A stretch of DNA of 64,000 nucleotides. Origin: the human T2T-CHM13v2.0 reference genome, Homo sapiens. The notes below the pieces were generated by a model. The model was given only the letters and a program-made list of their open reading frames with translations, was not told the origin of the DNA and did no database searches. The stretch lies in NCBI RefSeq assembly GCF_009914755.1, contig NC_060932.1; one strand, written 5' to 3'. Positions 16,130 through 27,995 of this stretch are shown here, one piece after another (position 1 is the first letter of the stretch; every line of letters starts with the position of its first letter). The position numbers and the translations under genes are program-made.

Positions 16130-16502
16130 CATCACTCATGATCTATACAACTTGGGTAGGTCAGTAGATACAGAAATAGACAGACAGACAGAGATCATAA
16201 TCCATTATTCATGATCCATGCAACAGGAATAGATATTGTTATCCATCAGTCATAATCCGTGGTATATAGATAGATGATAGATAGGTGATAGACGATAGAT
16301 AGGTATCACAATCCCGAGTCATAATCCATACAACTTGGGTAGGTCAATAGATAGAGAGATAGACAGACAGATAGACAGAGATCATAATCCATAATCATGA
16401 TCCGTGTAACATGGATAGATACCATTATCCATCAGTCCTAATCCATGGTAGATCGATAATAGATAGGTATTAAAATCCATCAATCATAATCCATACAACA
16501 TG
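16130..16502. repeat. hierarchical tandem repeat (~183-bp unit x2 plus partial; CATAATCC and GATA sub-units)
   Basis: tacaacttgggtaggtca at 16146 and 16329; third tacaac at 16494. Confidence 0.85.
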
Positions 16503-17739
16503 CTAGGAATGTGCTAGGCACGTTCCTGCTGTTAAGGAAACAGCAGTGAACACAATGAATGAGCATCCCTGTCCTCATGGAACTGACATTCCTGAGTGGC
16601 CTTTCCTACTTATAAGCCAGGTTAGATCAATCCCCTGTTTAATATCTGTTGATAGCTCCCTGTCACCCATGGGATCTGGTGTGGACATCTCTGCCTTGTA
16701 TTCAGAGCCCTCCTCAGTCTGAACACAGGGGGCTTTTCTTACCCATCTGGCCCCTTCCCCTGCAGCCCCGCAAGCTGCAGCCCTCCCCAGACCTCCTGGG
16801 CACTCCAGAACCTGGCCTTCCTGCCTCTGCCTGGAAGGCCCCTCTCAGTGGGGAACTGCAGCCTCATCCTTAGTACCAAGCTCAGACGTTCCCCCTTCTT
16901 GAAGCTCCCTCTGAGGCCACTCCCTTTCTGGGCTCCAGGCCTGCATAGAGCATCTCATTCCAAGCTCCCCTGTCTGTTGGTCTCAGATGGGGTTTTCCTT
17001 GGGACAGAGATGTCTGCCTCAGGGTTTGGCATGAGCCAGGACGGGGCAGCAGCAGGGTTGGGTTGTGGTGTGTGAACCCGAAGAAACCTTCCCTGCCTGT
17101 TGACTCTTCCCTTGGGGTCACAATAGACGTCCTGATAAGTCCCCCAAACACCAAGAGGACCAGAGACCACTCTGCCCTTGGAAAGACCTCAGCCTGGGAG
17201 TCTGTGCGTGACGGCACAGCCCTGGATCTCCCCTCCCCGCAGCACAGGGTCCTCACTCAGAGCTGAGAGAAAACCCCTACGGAGGGTCCAAGTAGCCACA
17301 GGGAACAGAGGGTCAGGAGCTGCTGTGGCCATTGTCCGTTTCAGGCAGCCTGACTTGCCCACAAGGGACCTGCAGACATATGATTTCGTGTGTCCCCCAA
17401 GGAGGAGCCAGGCTGCACTCAACCCACCTTACAGAGAAGGAAATGGCTTAGGCAGGTGAAGTGGCTTGACCAACTGTCTTGGCTGCTTCAGGGGCTAGAG
17501 GGTCGGGGGTCTTTCTAAAGGACCAGACTGGAGGAGAGACTGTGAAAGGGACTGGCTCTGGTGTGGAGGTCCTGCTGCCTTATCCCCTTGGAAGGTGGCC
17601 TGGGTTCTCGGCAGGTCCCCCAGGAACCAGGAACGTGCTGGCTGCCTGGGGCCACTGGGACCCCTGTAGCTGCTGACCCGAGCCTTCTGCTTGCTTCCTC
17701 ATTTTTCTGCAAACACAAAGGAGCATTATTCGGTTAACT

Positions 17740-18400
17740 TATGTGTTCTTTCAACAAATTCCTATTGAGTTCGCTGGGCCCTTGGGGGTTGGGGGAGTAG
17801 GCTAGTGGGCCTGGCCCTTCCAGGAGCCCTTCCTAGTGGGAGGAAACAGGGAGGGGCAGAGTAGGATGTGCCGTGAGATCCCCAGAACCTCCTAGGGACA
17901 GTGAGCTCTTTCTCATTGGGGGATTCAGGGAAGACTGCAAGGAGGAGGTGACATTGAAGATGGGATTGGGTCCCTAAAGTCAAGCAGGCTTTGATAGGAA
18001 AAATTAGATGATCAGGAGGCATTCCAGGCAGGGGGTGGATAGATGGGTCTGGGCATGGCAGCAGAGTAATTTGCCTGAGGGTACCGTCTCTGTGAGATGA
18101 CACAGGGCTGAGGCTGGGCCAGTGGCAGGATGACATCTGGGAGGCCTGGAACGTCCAGCTAAGCAATGTGGCCCTGCCCACAGGCCACAGTGGCCACTGA
18201 AGTTTCCAAGGGAGAAGAATGACATGGGACAAGGCCGTGCGTCAGCACGGGGGGAGGAGTTGTCTGGCTGCCCCTGGCCAGGGAGGGAGACTGGGGTCTA
18301 TGGCTGAAGCAGAGGGTGGGCGTCTTTGTCAAAGCAAAGAACCAAGGCAAAGAAGTGAAGAGGGTCAAGCAAAGCTGGAGGAAGCTCATTTCCATCTATG
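17740..18400 (-). mobile_element. LINE-2 fragment (degenerate)
   Basis: ttcaacaaattcctattgag...ggaggaggtgacattgaag...ggcattccaggcagggg. Confidence 0.6.
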
Positions 18401-18479
18401 TTAAGGGCAGAGAATGATCTGCATCTGGCTTAACTACCTTGGGCCGAGTGTCTTGGGGTGCCTGTTTCTTTCTCTGGAA

Positions 18480-18850
18480 GAGAATGCACGAGACCCTAAT
18501 AAAAAGCCCAAGTGATAAAATACGCCTGTTTCCCATCAAATCAGCCTTCAACAAATCGTCTTCCCCCTCCCCCATCACATCATCACATGCATTATTTAAT
18601 TTGTTTGAGATGGAGTGCATTTCACAGGATATATAAATCCATGGAAATTTATTAAGTCTTGACAAGAGTTATTGAAAGTTATATTAAGTTTCTCAAATTG
18701 GCCAGTGTTGGATGGCTTAAACATTATTCATTAATGCATAACATTAAATACCAATAAATTGCATGGTGTAGTTATGAACTATCCTTGAAAGTCATTAAAT
18801 ATGCATATCAGGCAATAAATCTATTCTCTGCTATGAATCTGTTCTGAATC
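18480..18850. promoter_or_regulatory. candidate conserved non-coding element / developmental enhancer
   Basis: non-repetitive-looking AT-rich block in GC-rich surroundings, dense in TAAT/ATTA, ATGCAT and CAATAAA motifs. Confidence 0.45.
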
Positions 18851-19167
18851 ATGGCGAGTTAGGGCTTAGGTGGTGATGGTAATGGGGGTGGGGCTAGGCC
18901 CTCATTGAGTGTCACTAGGACCTCAGTGGGTGCATGGGAAATAGAGGCCAGTTGCTTTCCATTTCCATCATTCCTGCTGATGAAATGGGAAGGAGGCTAA
19001 ATAAGGCAGACCCACTAGGTTTATAATGTTAATCAAAAGAGCAAAAACCTGAAAGCTGGAGACATGTAGGTGACAGTTTCTGCTCCAAAATGGTACGTTC
19101 TGGAGTCATCGCCTGTATCACCACCAGTTGCCAAGATAACGGCTGCCATTTATTGAGGGTCCACACT

Positions 19168-19212
19168 TTTTCAAAAATTAGCTTTTCAAAAGTTAACTTT
19201 TCAAAAATTAGC
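19168..19212. repeat. 15-bp tandem repeat x3 (TTTTCAAAA(A/G)TTA(G/A)C)
   Basis: direct reading. Confidence 0.9.
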
Positions 19213-19689
19213 TCACTGGATCCTTCCACACACTTGGAAGGTATGTGCTATTACTCCTGTGACAGTGGTCCAGTAACCTTCCCACGTTACTGCCTGATTC
19301 CAAAACTTCTCCTCGTTCTATGACCCCTGCACTGTCTCTATCCCCGAACCCACCTCCGTGATAGACCTTTCGAGGCAGAGGGACATTAGCACTCATCTGT
19401 CTCTGAGAGCGGTCACAGCAACAGCAATTAGTCGGGGTGCCCAGCCTCAGCTGTCCTGGCTGTTGAAGATGGCTCATGCTAATGGGCTGGGGCTTGGATA
19501 GTTCTGTTGTTACATATTTTGGGTTGCATCCAGGGTTGTAATTTAGTCTCATCCCACATTCCTCCAGTGGCGGGGGACTTACTGCCTCCCTAGACCCACT
19601 GGCTGACTGCTTGGCTTATTAGAGAGTCTCATCTCTTAACCTGTGCAGGGGGTTAGGGAATTTGTCATTCTCCACATGTATTCTCCAGT

Positions 19690-19706
19690 TGGCCACCAGA
19701 GGGCAG
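19690..19706 (+). promoter_or_regulatory. CTCF core motif
   Basis: TGGCCACCAGAGGGCAG fits CCASYAGRKGGCRS without mismatch. Confidence 0.7.
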
Positions 19707-20242
19707 GGTGTCCCTGGGATGGGGGAGACCAATGGACCCTTGAGGCATGGGTTCTAGGGCTTTCTTTGCTATTGAAAATCTCCATGGTTTCAGGCAGGCC
19801 ACCCCTCCTGGGTTCCATCTTAGTAAAATGAGGGTGCTGGCCTGGACAACCTCTGCAGTGCACCCCAACCTGGGGAGGTCTTGAGGCTGCTTGTAAAGGG
19901 AGTGCCTGTGAGACGAGGTCTCTTGGGGATGCAGAGTCAGAAAACCTCACCAGCTGTGTGATCTTGGGCATGTCACCTGGCCTTTTTTGGATCTGCTTAG
20001 CCCTTGGCAGCTGTTCATCCTTTTCTGGTCCTGGCCTCGGTGTTGTGGTGGGATGGGCTGGGGAAGACGACCTGCATCCATGGCATGCACGCTCAGCAGG
20101 GACCACCTCCTGCATCCACACAGATGGCCTTGGTTCAGTGTAGCCCCCCAGCCCACTGGGGCTCAGGCAGCCAGATGTTTTCTTTCAGGGAGGCCACATC
20201 GCTATTGGAGGATTGCAAGTAAAATCCTAGGTAGCCTGCTCT

Positions 20243-20246
20243 GAGA

Positions 20247-20282
<36 letters not shown>

Positions 20283-20284
20283 CA
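20243..20284. repeat. (GA)n microsatellite
   Basis: direct reading. Confidence 0.95.
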
Positions 20285-20782
20285 GGCAAGGTAGCCTAGT
20301 GATATGGAAGCCACTGAACCACTTCCATGGCTTTGTGACATCCATTCATCCAGAAATGAGACACAGTGGCTGCCTCATTGTCTTCCTGGATCACGGACTT
20401 TGTACTCTTGAACGTGGAGACTGTCTTTCTCACCCTCCTGTGACCATCGTTTGGCACATAGCAGACACCTGGTAACCATGTGTTGTCCAAATGATTGCAG
20501 GCCTCCGTGCACAGGGAGCCCTAACACCACCCGGGGGGCGCAGAGGGACAGGCACCTGCAGGCGTATCTGGTTCTCAGGTCCTGTCCTGCAAATGGGGAC
20601 TGGATGAGCTGCTGTCTGCATGCCTCCGGGTCTCTGGGAGCTGGTCTTCCCGGTGGCAGCTTTCCCTTCATTGAGCTTCCACCATGACATGGGGTCAGAT
20701 GCCCATGGCAGGGGAAGGAAGGAGGACCCTGCTGGGGTCTTGGGTGGGCTTGTTTACAATCAGTCACTCATTCAACAAATAG

Positions 20783-21139
<357 letters not shown>

Positions 21140-22034
21140 GTGGGCGCTTTTGATACCTCCGTGTTCCCATGAGGGAGGCTTGGAGATTGAGTGAATTGAC
21201 CAAGTGTCAGAGCAGAATCTGAACCCAAGTCTCCCTACAGAATGTGGTGGAAGTGGCCAGGCCTAAGCAGACACAGTGTGACTCGGCCTTGCGGTCAGCT
21301 GGGCTGAGCTGGGATTTGAATTCTGGCCTCCCAGCCCCCTGCCAGTGCTGCTGTAATGGGGCTTTGTTTCCCCTTTAATTGAAAATCTCACTGGGACAGA
21401 TGTCTCCATTTCCTCCAGCCCAGAGAGGAGTCACACAAATCCGCGAGACCACACGCGTTGTGCAGTGGCGTGGGCCCCAGCAGAGGTGTAATTTTCCTTC
21501 TTTCAGCCGTGTGCCCAGGGCAGGTGGTGGGCGAGGGCATGGAAACTCTCGCAGTGGGCAAGCACGTGGCTCTGGCTAGCTCGGAGGACCAAAGGCGGCT
21601 CTTGGCTGTTGTTTGCTTTGTAGGGCAGTGCACCTGCACCTGCCTTTAGGCGCGCTGGGGAGGACACTGGACTTGTTTTGACTGGTGGGCAGCAGCTGGC
21701 CTCAATGCACTGTGTTCTTTGCTTGGAGAAGTCGCTCGAAGCCTCTTGAAGGCTGGGTGATGGGGGAGCAGCCTGGGATGGTGCCACCCACACTCCCCCT
21801 GCCGGGGCAGCCAAGGGATCGTTGGCTGCAGGAGGGTGCTAGTTCCTCTCAGGTTCCCCATTGCTATCAGCACAACTGCCAGAGCTTTGTCTGGGTCCTG
21901 CAAGTACTGGGAGCATCAGGGCAGCAAGGACTGTGTTCCGGAGAGAGAAACCGAGGCCTCTAGGAGAGATAGGCAGCTCCCGAAGGTCACCTGCCAGCAA
22001 GGGGCAGAGGTGGGATTTGAAACCAGATGTTCTT

Positions 22035-22240
22035 TTTAAAAAAAAGCTTGGTAAAATATACATCACATGAGATTTATCATTTTAACCATTTGTAAGTGTA
22101 CAATTCAATGGCATTAAGCACATCCATGTTGTCATGCAAGCATCATCATCATCCGTCTACAGAACCTTTTCACCTTCCCCGGCTGAAATCTGCACCTGCT
22201 GAACACCAACTGCCATCCCCCAGGAGCCCAGGAGTTCCCA
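22035..22240 (-). mobile_element. old L1M (L1MA/MB) 3'-end fragment
   Basis: ttggtaaaatatacat...ttttaaccatttgtaagtgtacaattcaatggcattaagcacat. Confidence 0.75.
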
Positions 22241-23151
22241 CCTCGAGCTCTGTGCGCTTCCTTCACTACTTGCCACATTGGCATCTTTTTCTATGGAAGC
22301 ACCTCCTGGAGAAGAAGGAGAACCTCACTGGGGTAACTTTTCTTGGCAGGAGGGAGAGGGTGAGAATGAAGACAAATATGAGAGAGTTTTCCAGGTGGCC
22401 TGAGTGTTTGTTAACCCAGCCTCTCACTGTCACCTCTTCCTCACCAAGCTGGGAGTGGGGATGAAATAAAAAATTACTTTTCCTGCAAAAAGATATGGCT
22501 CAGTATGTGGCTGAGCTGCCTGGGAACTAGAGTCTGGCAGGGTCCGTGGCCCAGGCTTAGTATTGGTCAGGGAGACGGTAGCCTTTCTGGGGAGCATCTG
22601 CCTCCCTCTGAGCGGGTGGTTTCAACTCTGTTGCCCTCACCTGGTTTGGAAGGAAACTCAGGAGAGAATTAGCTGGCACTGGTCTCACTGTGACTGTGGC
22701 CAAGGTGCTCTTCACCTGTCTTCCCACCAGGCACAGGCCCTCTCAGGTGCAGCATATTTTACTCTAATTCCCGGCTTATTCACTAAAGCCAGAAATGCCC
22801 AGTGCTCTGTTCGCTTACAGCTAACATGTGGGAGCCCACCAGCATCTCCTGAGCCCAGCAAGCTGCCAAGTACCTCCTGGGGTACTTACTCTTCCTCCCC
22901 CACCATCTCCTCACAGAGCCAACTGAGAGAGAATGACAAGAGATCACTGGACCAATGGAAAAATACATATTTGAACTAGCTTTATCATTCATTTCCTGTG
23001 TGATCTTAAGCAAATGGCTTAGCCTCTCTGGACTTTAATTTCCCACTTAAAAAAAAACTGGAATGATAATAACATCCAGAAAAATGAAGTCATTTAGAAA
23101 GTATCTATGCACTGTGCTAACAAGAAGCAGACACTCAAGAAATAGCAATAG

Positions 23152-23480
23152 TGGACAGGTGTGGTGGCTCACGCCTGTAATTCCAACACTTTGAGAGGGT
23201 GAAGTGGGTGGATTGCTTGAGCTCATGAGTTCACGACCAGCCTGGGCAACATGGTGAAACCCCGTTTCTACAACAAAAAACACAAAAAATTAGCTGGGCC
23301 TGGTGGCATGCGCCTGTAGTCCCAGCTACTTGGGAGACTGAGGTGGAGGATCCTTTGAGCCCCGGAGGTGGAGGTTGTGCAGTGAGCTGAGACGGTTCCA
23401 CTGCACTCCGGCCTGGGCAACAGGGACTTTTAAAAAAAAGAAAAAGAAAGAGAGAAAGAGAGAAAGAGAGAAAGAAAGAA
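23152..23480 (+). mobile_element. Alu (AluJ/S-like) with GA-rich tail
   Basis: Alu dimer; tail expanded to (GAAAGA)n. Confidence 0.92.
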
Positions 23481-24129
23481 AGATCAGTAGCCTTACGCTT
23501 TCCCTGAGCATCAGTTTTCTTATGTATAAAACGGGGATAAAATAGGTTTCAGAGGGTGGTTGGGAAGATTGAATGAAAGAATGTATGGGAAAGACTGGCT
23601 GGTGCACACGGAGCTCTCAGATAATATCACTCTCTCCTTACTTCTCAGGTTGGGGTCCAGGGGCCAGGGAACCCATGGAACCCATTTAGGGGAACCCCTT
23701 GCAGGTTTTCAGGGCAGTGGGCATTTTGATGACTGACCTTGGAGGAATGGCCAGTGTGGCATTTTCTCTCTGTCCAACTAAGACACTGGGACATATATGA
23801 CCCGTTAGTGATGGGTTATTTTAAATTCTCAGCTCATAACATGGGCCAAGCTCACTCTTTCAAAATAGATGTTTCATCAATTCCTCTTAATTAAAACTCT
23901 AGTCCTATAATGCGTGTTCTCAGGGAACATTCTGAATCATCTTCAATAATAACTCCACTCTTGAAGAGGCTAATCGTAAGCCTCGTCTATCAAGAAACCA
24001 GAAACAGCAAAGTCCTACTGAATGGGCAAACTAAATGTCCCAAACACCATGAACAGTTCATGAATGGTCCTCCCAGAGGCAGGCCAGGCTTTCCCTTACA
24101 ACCTGTGCACAGGACTCTTGGTATAGCTC

Positions 24130-24555
24130 TTTAAAAAAATGTTTTCATTATCGTAAAATATACACAGTATAAAATTGACCATTTTAACCGATTTTAAGTG
24201 TGCGGTTCTGTGGCATTAAGTACATCTACACTGTTGTGTAATCATCACCACCATCCATCTCCAGATGTCTTATTATCTTGCAAAATTGAAATTCTGTACC
24301 CACTAAACATTGACTCCCCAGTCCCCACTTTTCCCCAGCCCCTGGCAAGCCTGTTCTACTTTGTCTGTGAATGTGACTCCTCTGAATAGCTCACATAAGT
24401 GGGATCATACAGTATTCGTCCTTTTGTGACTGGCTTATTTCACTCAGCATGATGCCCTCAAGGTCTACCCATGTTGTAGCTCATGTCAGAAATCCCTCCT
24501 TTTAATGTGCAATACGATTCCATGATAAGGATTTTGCTCAGCCATCCATTCTTCA
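24130..24555 (-). mobile_element. old L1M (L1MA/MB) 3'-end fragment
   Basis: gtaaaatatacac...gtgggatcatacagtattcgtccttttgtgactggcttatttcactcagcat. Confidence 0.8.
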
Positions 24556-25559
24556 GTCGGGAGTGCCCATTAGCAAGCTTGTTCGTTCCTGGCTTGCTGA
24601 CTCATCCCAAGACCATACACTGATAAGCAGCAGCCTTTGGAGTTTACAGAATGCTTGCACATATCTGTCCTTTCCATTTTGAATCAGCTCAGCAGGAAAG
24701 AATTGGTAATTGCCGATGGTCAGTAATTGGCAAAGCAGACACTGAAACACTGGTCTGACATCAAACCCCGAATTTCATGTTGTTTTTTTCCTAGAGAGCT
24801 CTGTTCTGTTTAGGCTGGGCTGATAATCAAAATAGAACCTAGAGTCAAATAAAAAACGAGGTCACCCCGAGGCCCCAGCTGGGCCCGGATGAACCCCCAA
24901 GCAGTCGGGGTCGGAAGGCACTCAGGGTGTTCCAGCCAGAGGCGATTGGCACTCGCAACAGAAATATTTAACAACAGGTCCGAGATACTGATGCATTCAA
25001 CTGAACGTCACTTCTGGGGCTAGGGTCCAGTGGGATTGATCGGAGGTGGAGGGAAAGAGCTGTGGCAAGGAGATGAGACTAAAAAATCCATTTTTGGAAA
25101 TCAACAATAAATTTGACCCCAAGAAAAATTTCCTTTATTGTATATGACACCTACTGCAACAAGCAACACACATTATCTGAATGGGTGAGTTCCTCATTCC
25201 CACAGTGGGCTCCATGGTGGCCCAAGATCTGAGCAAGAGGACGAGGTGGTGGGTGGCCAGCGTCCCCTGCCTCCTTTGTGTGCAGAGCCCACATCCGTCC
25301 TCTCTTTGGGACTTTAGTGTCCCCATTGGCAAGAGGGGATATTTCCATGGTCCTGAGAAAATGGTACAAAAAGTGAAGGTAGTTAGGACCGCTGGGCAGG
25401 GCCAAACCACTGATTGGCCTCAGGTAAGTTGCTCAACTTCTCTGGGCCTAAGTTTCTTCCCCTAGAGGAAGGGTTGGTCTCCTTTAGTTTTCATGTTCTG
25501 TGATCCCTCTGGAATATTGATCCCTACTCAACTCCAAAGTGTATGGAGGCTGCTCGTAA

Positions 25560-25896
<337 letters not shown>

Positions 25897-25959
25897 GCTG
25901 CTTGTAATTTTAAAACACACAAGAACAGGAAACTGAAAAGAATACAGAATTTTTAAAAA

Positions 25960-26340
25960 CCCCAAGCAGAAGAGGTCAAAGAATAGACACGCCAGGTTCC
26001 TAAGTTGAATGTGACTGCAGTTGAACACTCAGTTTATTTCTGAGCTTCCTGGCAGCTGAGACAAAAAGGGAAACATGTTATATTTTCTGATAAAAGGGTG
26101 CTTCAGATTCTCCTTAGGAGAGAGACCTCTTCCTGGCACTGGAATCTATTACAGTCTTCATATCAAAGGCAGAAAAAACAATGTCTGGCTGAAATTTTGT
26201 TAATGATACAGAGGTTTTTTTTTTTTTTTTTAAGGATCCTTTTCATTTTGCTCCTTTATAAAATCTAAGGGCAAAAATATTACATTTTATCCCAGTAAAG
26301 GTAGTTCTCTAGTTAAAATAATTTAGTCTATGTATGTTAC
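25960..26340. mobile_element. ancient LINE fragment (L4/RTE-X-like)
   Basis: ctgagcttcctggcagctgagacaaaaagggaaacatg resembles recalled L4 sequence. Confidence 0.4.
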
Positions 26341-27809
26341 AGACAAAACTGAGGCCCAATAAATGCTTAATGAATTAACAATCCACCCTGATGAGGAAAA
26401 ACACTGAGAATCACAGGAATGAACAGTTGAGACACTGTGTCTTGCAAAGGAAGACATCTCAATGTCTTCCTCATTGAGATCAGACATCTCAATGAGGCTG
26501 GGGCATTTCTGGGCTGTGACAGTTTCATGTGCAGATCCTCCAAGGAGTGCTTGTTGTGTTATTGAGACCTTGTGTCTTGGTGCTTAGGACAGTGCCAGTC
26601 ACATGGTGGAGAATAAATATTCACAGTATCATATGTTAGGTTCCAGACACAGAGAATTAAGATCAGAAAGGATCCAAGAAAATGTTTGGTCCAGTGCCCT
26701 CATTGGACAGGTGATGATGCAGAGGGCTGTCGCGACCTCAGTACCCATCCCCTAGGCCACCACTCTGCCAAGACCTGGTACCCTGTCCTCTTGGATGGCA
26801 GATATGTCTGTACAGTTGAAGAACTGGGTCTGTCTTCCCTCGCCTCCAGAGAACACATGCAAAGGTGTGGTGATGCACTGAGTTATGGGGTCCCGGAGCA
26901 CAGAGAGCAGCCAGAGGCATCTGACCAGAGCCCAACAGCCCACTCCTGCGAGAGGTGACAGCCCAGTGAAATCGTTCACAAGTGCCACCCATCTGTGGCG
27001 AGCATTTGGGGCTCCGACTTATCACCTGAGCAGGGTGAACTTGGCAGGGTCTGTGGGCCTCTGGGGTCAGCATGGGGTTTCGGTAGAGACCCCACATGGG
27101 AGCTTAGAGGAGCATTTGCCTGTTCCTCACATGGGTGAGAGGCGGGACGGCAGCATATCCCATCTTCGGGCTGCACTGCAAATAAACCACCCCAGGCAGG
27201 TGAGCGTCAGGCTTGGCAGGAAGCTCTCTTGGGACATCAGCTTCTTCCATATACTGTGGCCTCCTGGCTAGGGGCAGGGCTGCAGCCTCCAGCTCAGCCC
27301 CAGTGGGTGGGGGGCTCCTGTTTCCATCTTTCACGTTCAGTCCTTGTTAAAGAACGTTACTCAGTGTTTGTCTCTAGGCTGTGCTCCAACAGTTCCTCTG
27401 GCCTTTCAGGATGACTGTCCCACCAGCCCGTGATTCTGTTTTAGGTCTTCCTTTGGGCTTACTCCGCATTCTCTTGATTTCCCCTTAAGCTGTGTGTTCT
27501 GGCCAGGGATGCCTGCATAGGACACGTACCTACATTTCCCATGTCCTGTTGGCTCACAGGGAGATCTTGTATCTACTAATATGTAGAATCAAATCCATCA
27601 TCTTTAATTAAATCTATTCCTGGACAGTCCTTTTCCCGGAGTTCCTTTGGATACCACTGGGTGACATCCTCAACCAGGTCTAACTTGATCTGAGACTATT
27701 GGAGCATAATTTCTAAAAGTCTGGACAGCCTCCAAAGCAACACGGTGGGTGGCAAGCTGGCAGTTTATGGGTGTGGTGGAGAGTTTCAGGAACCATGCAT
27801 CTAAGTTGG

Positions 27810-27995
27810 AGTTTCTCAAAGTGGCAGCTAAGAGCACCTGCTTCAGGATCCCTGCAGTGCTTGTAAAAAATACCGGTTCTCAGGCTCAACCTCTGACCCA
27901 GGAAATAAGAATTTCTAGGGGCGGTTTTTGACAATCAGGATTTTTGTCACACAAGACTGTGATTCTGGCGCACTCAAGTTTAGGACCCTCTGCTC
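27810..27995. mobile_element. MER5-family MITE (hAT-Charlie)
   Basis: gtttctcaaagtg...tgattctggcgcactcaagtttaggacc. Confidence 0.65.

Noticed and set aside
20526-20543. CTCF-like CACCACCCGGGGGGCGCA
   Set aside because: Three mismatches at informative core positions
21420-21660. Locally CpG-enriched stretch with CACGTG
   Set aside because: Too short and sparse for a CpG island, with no additional promoter evidence
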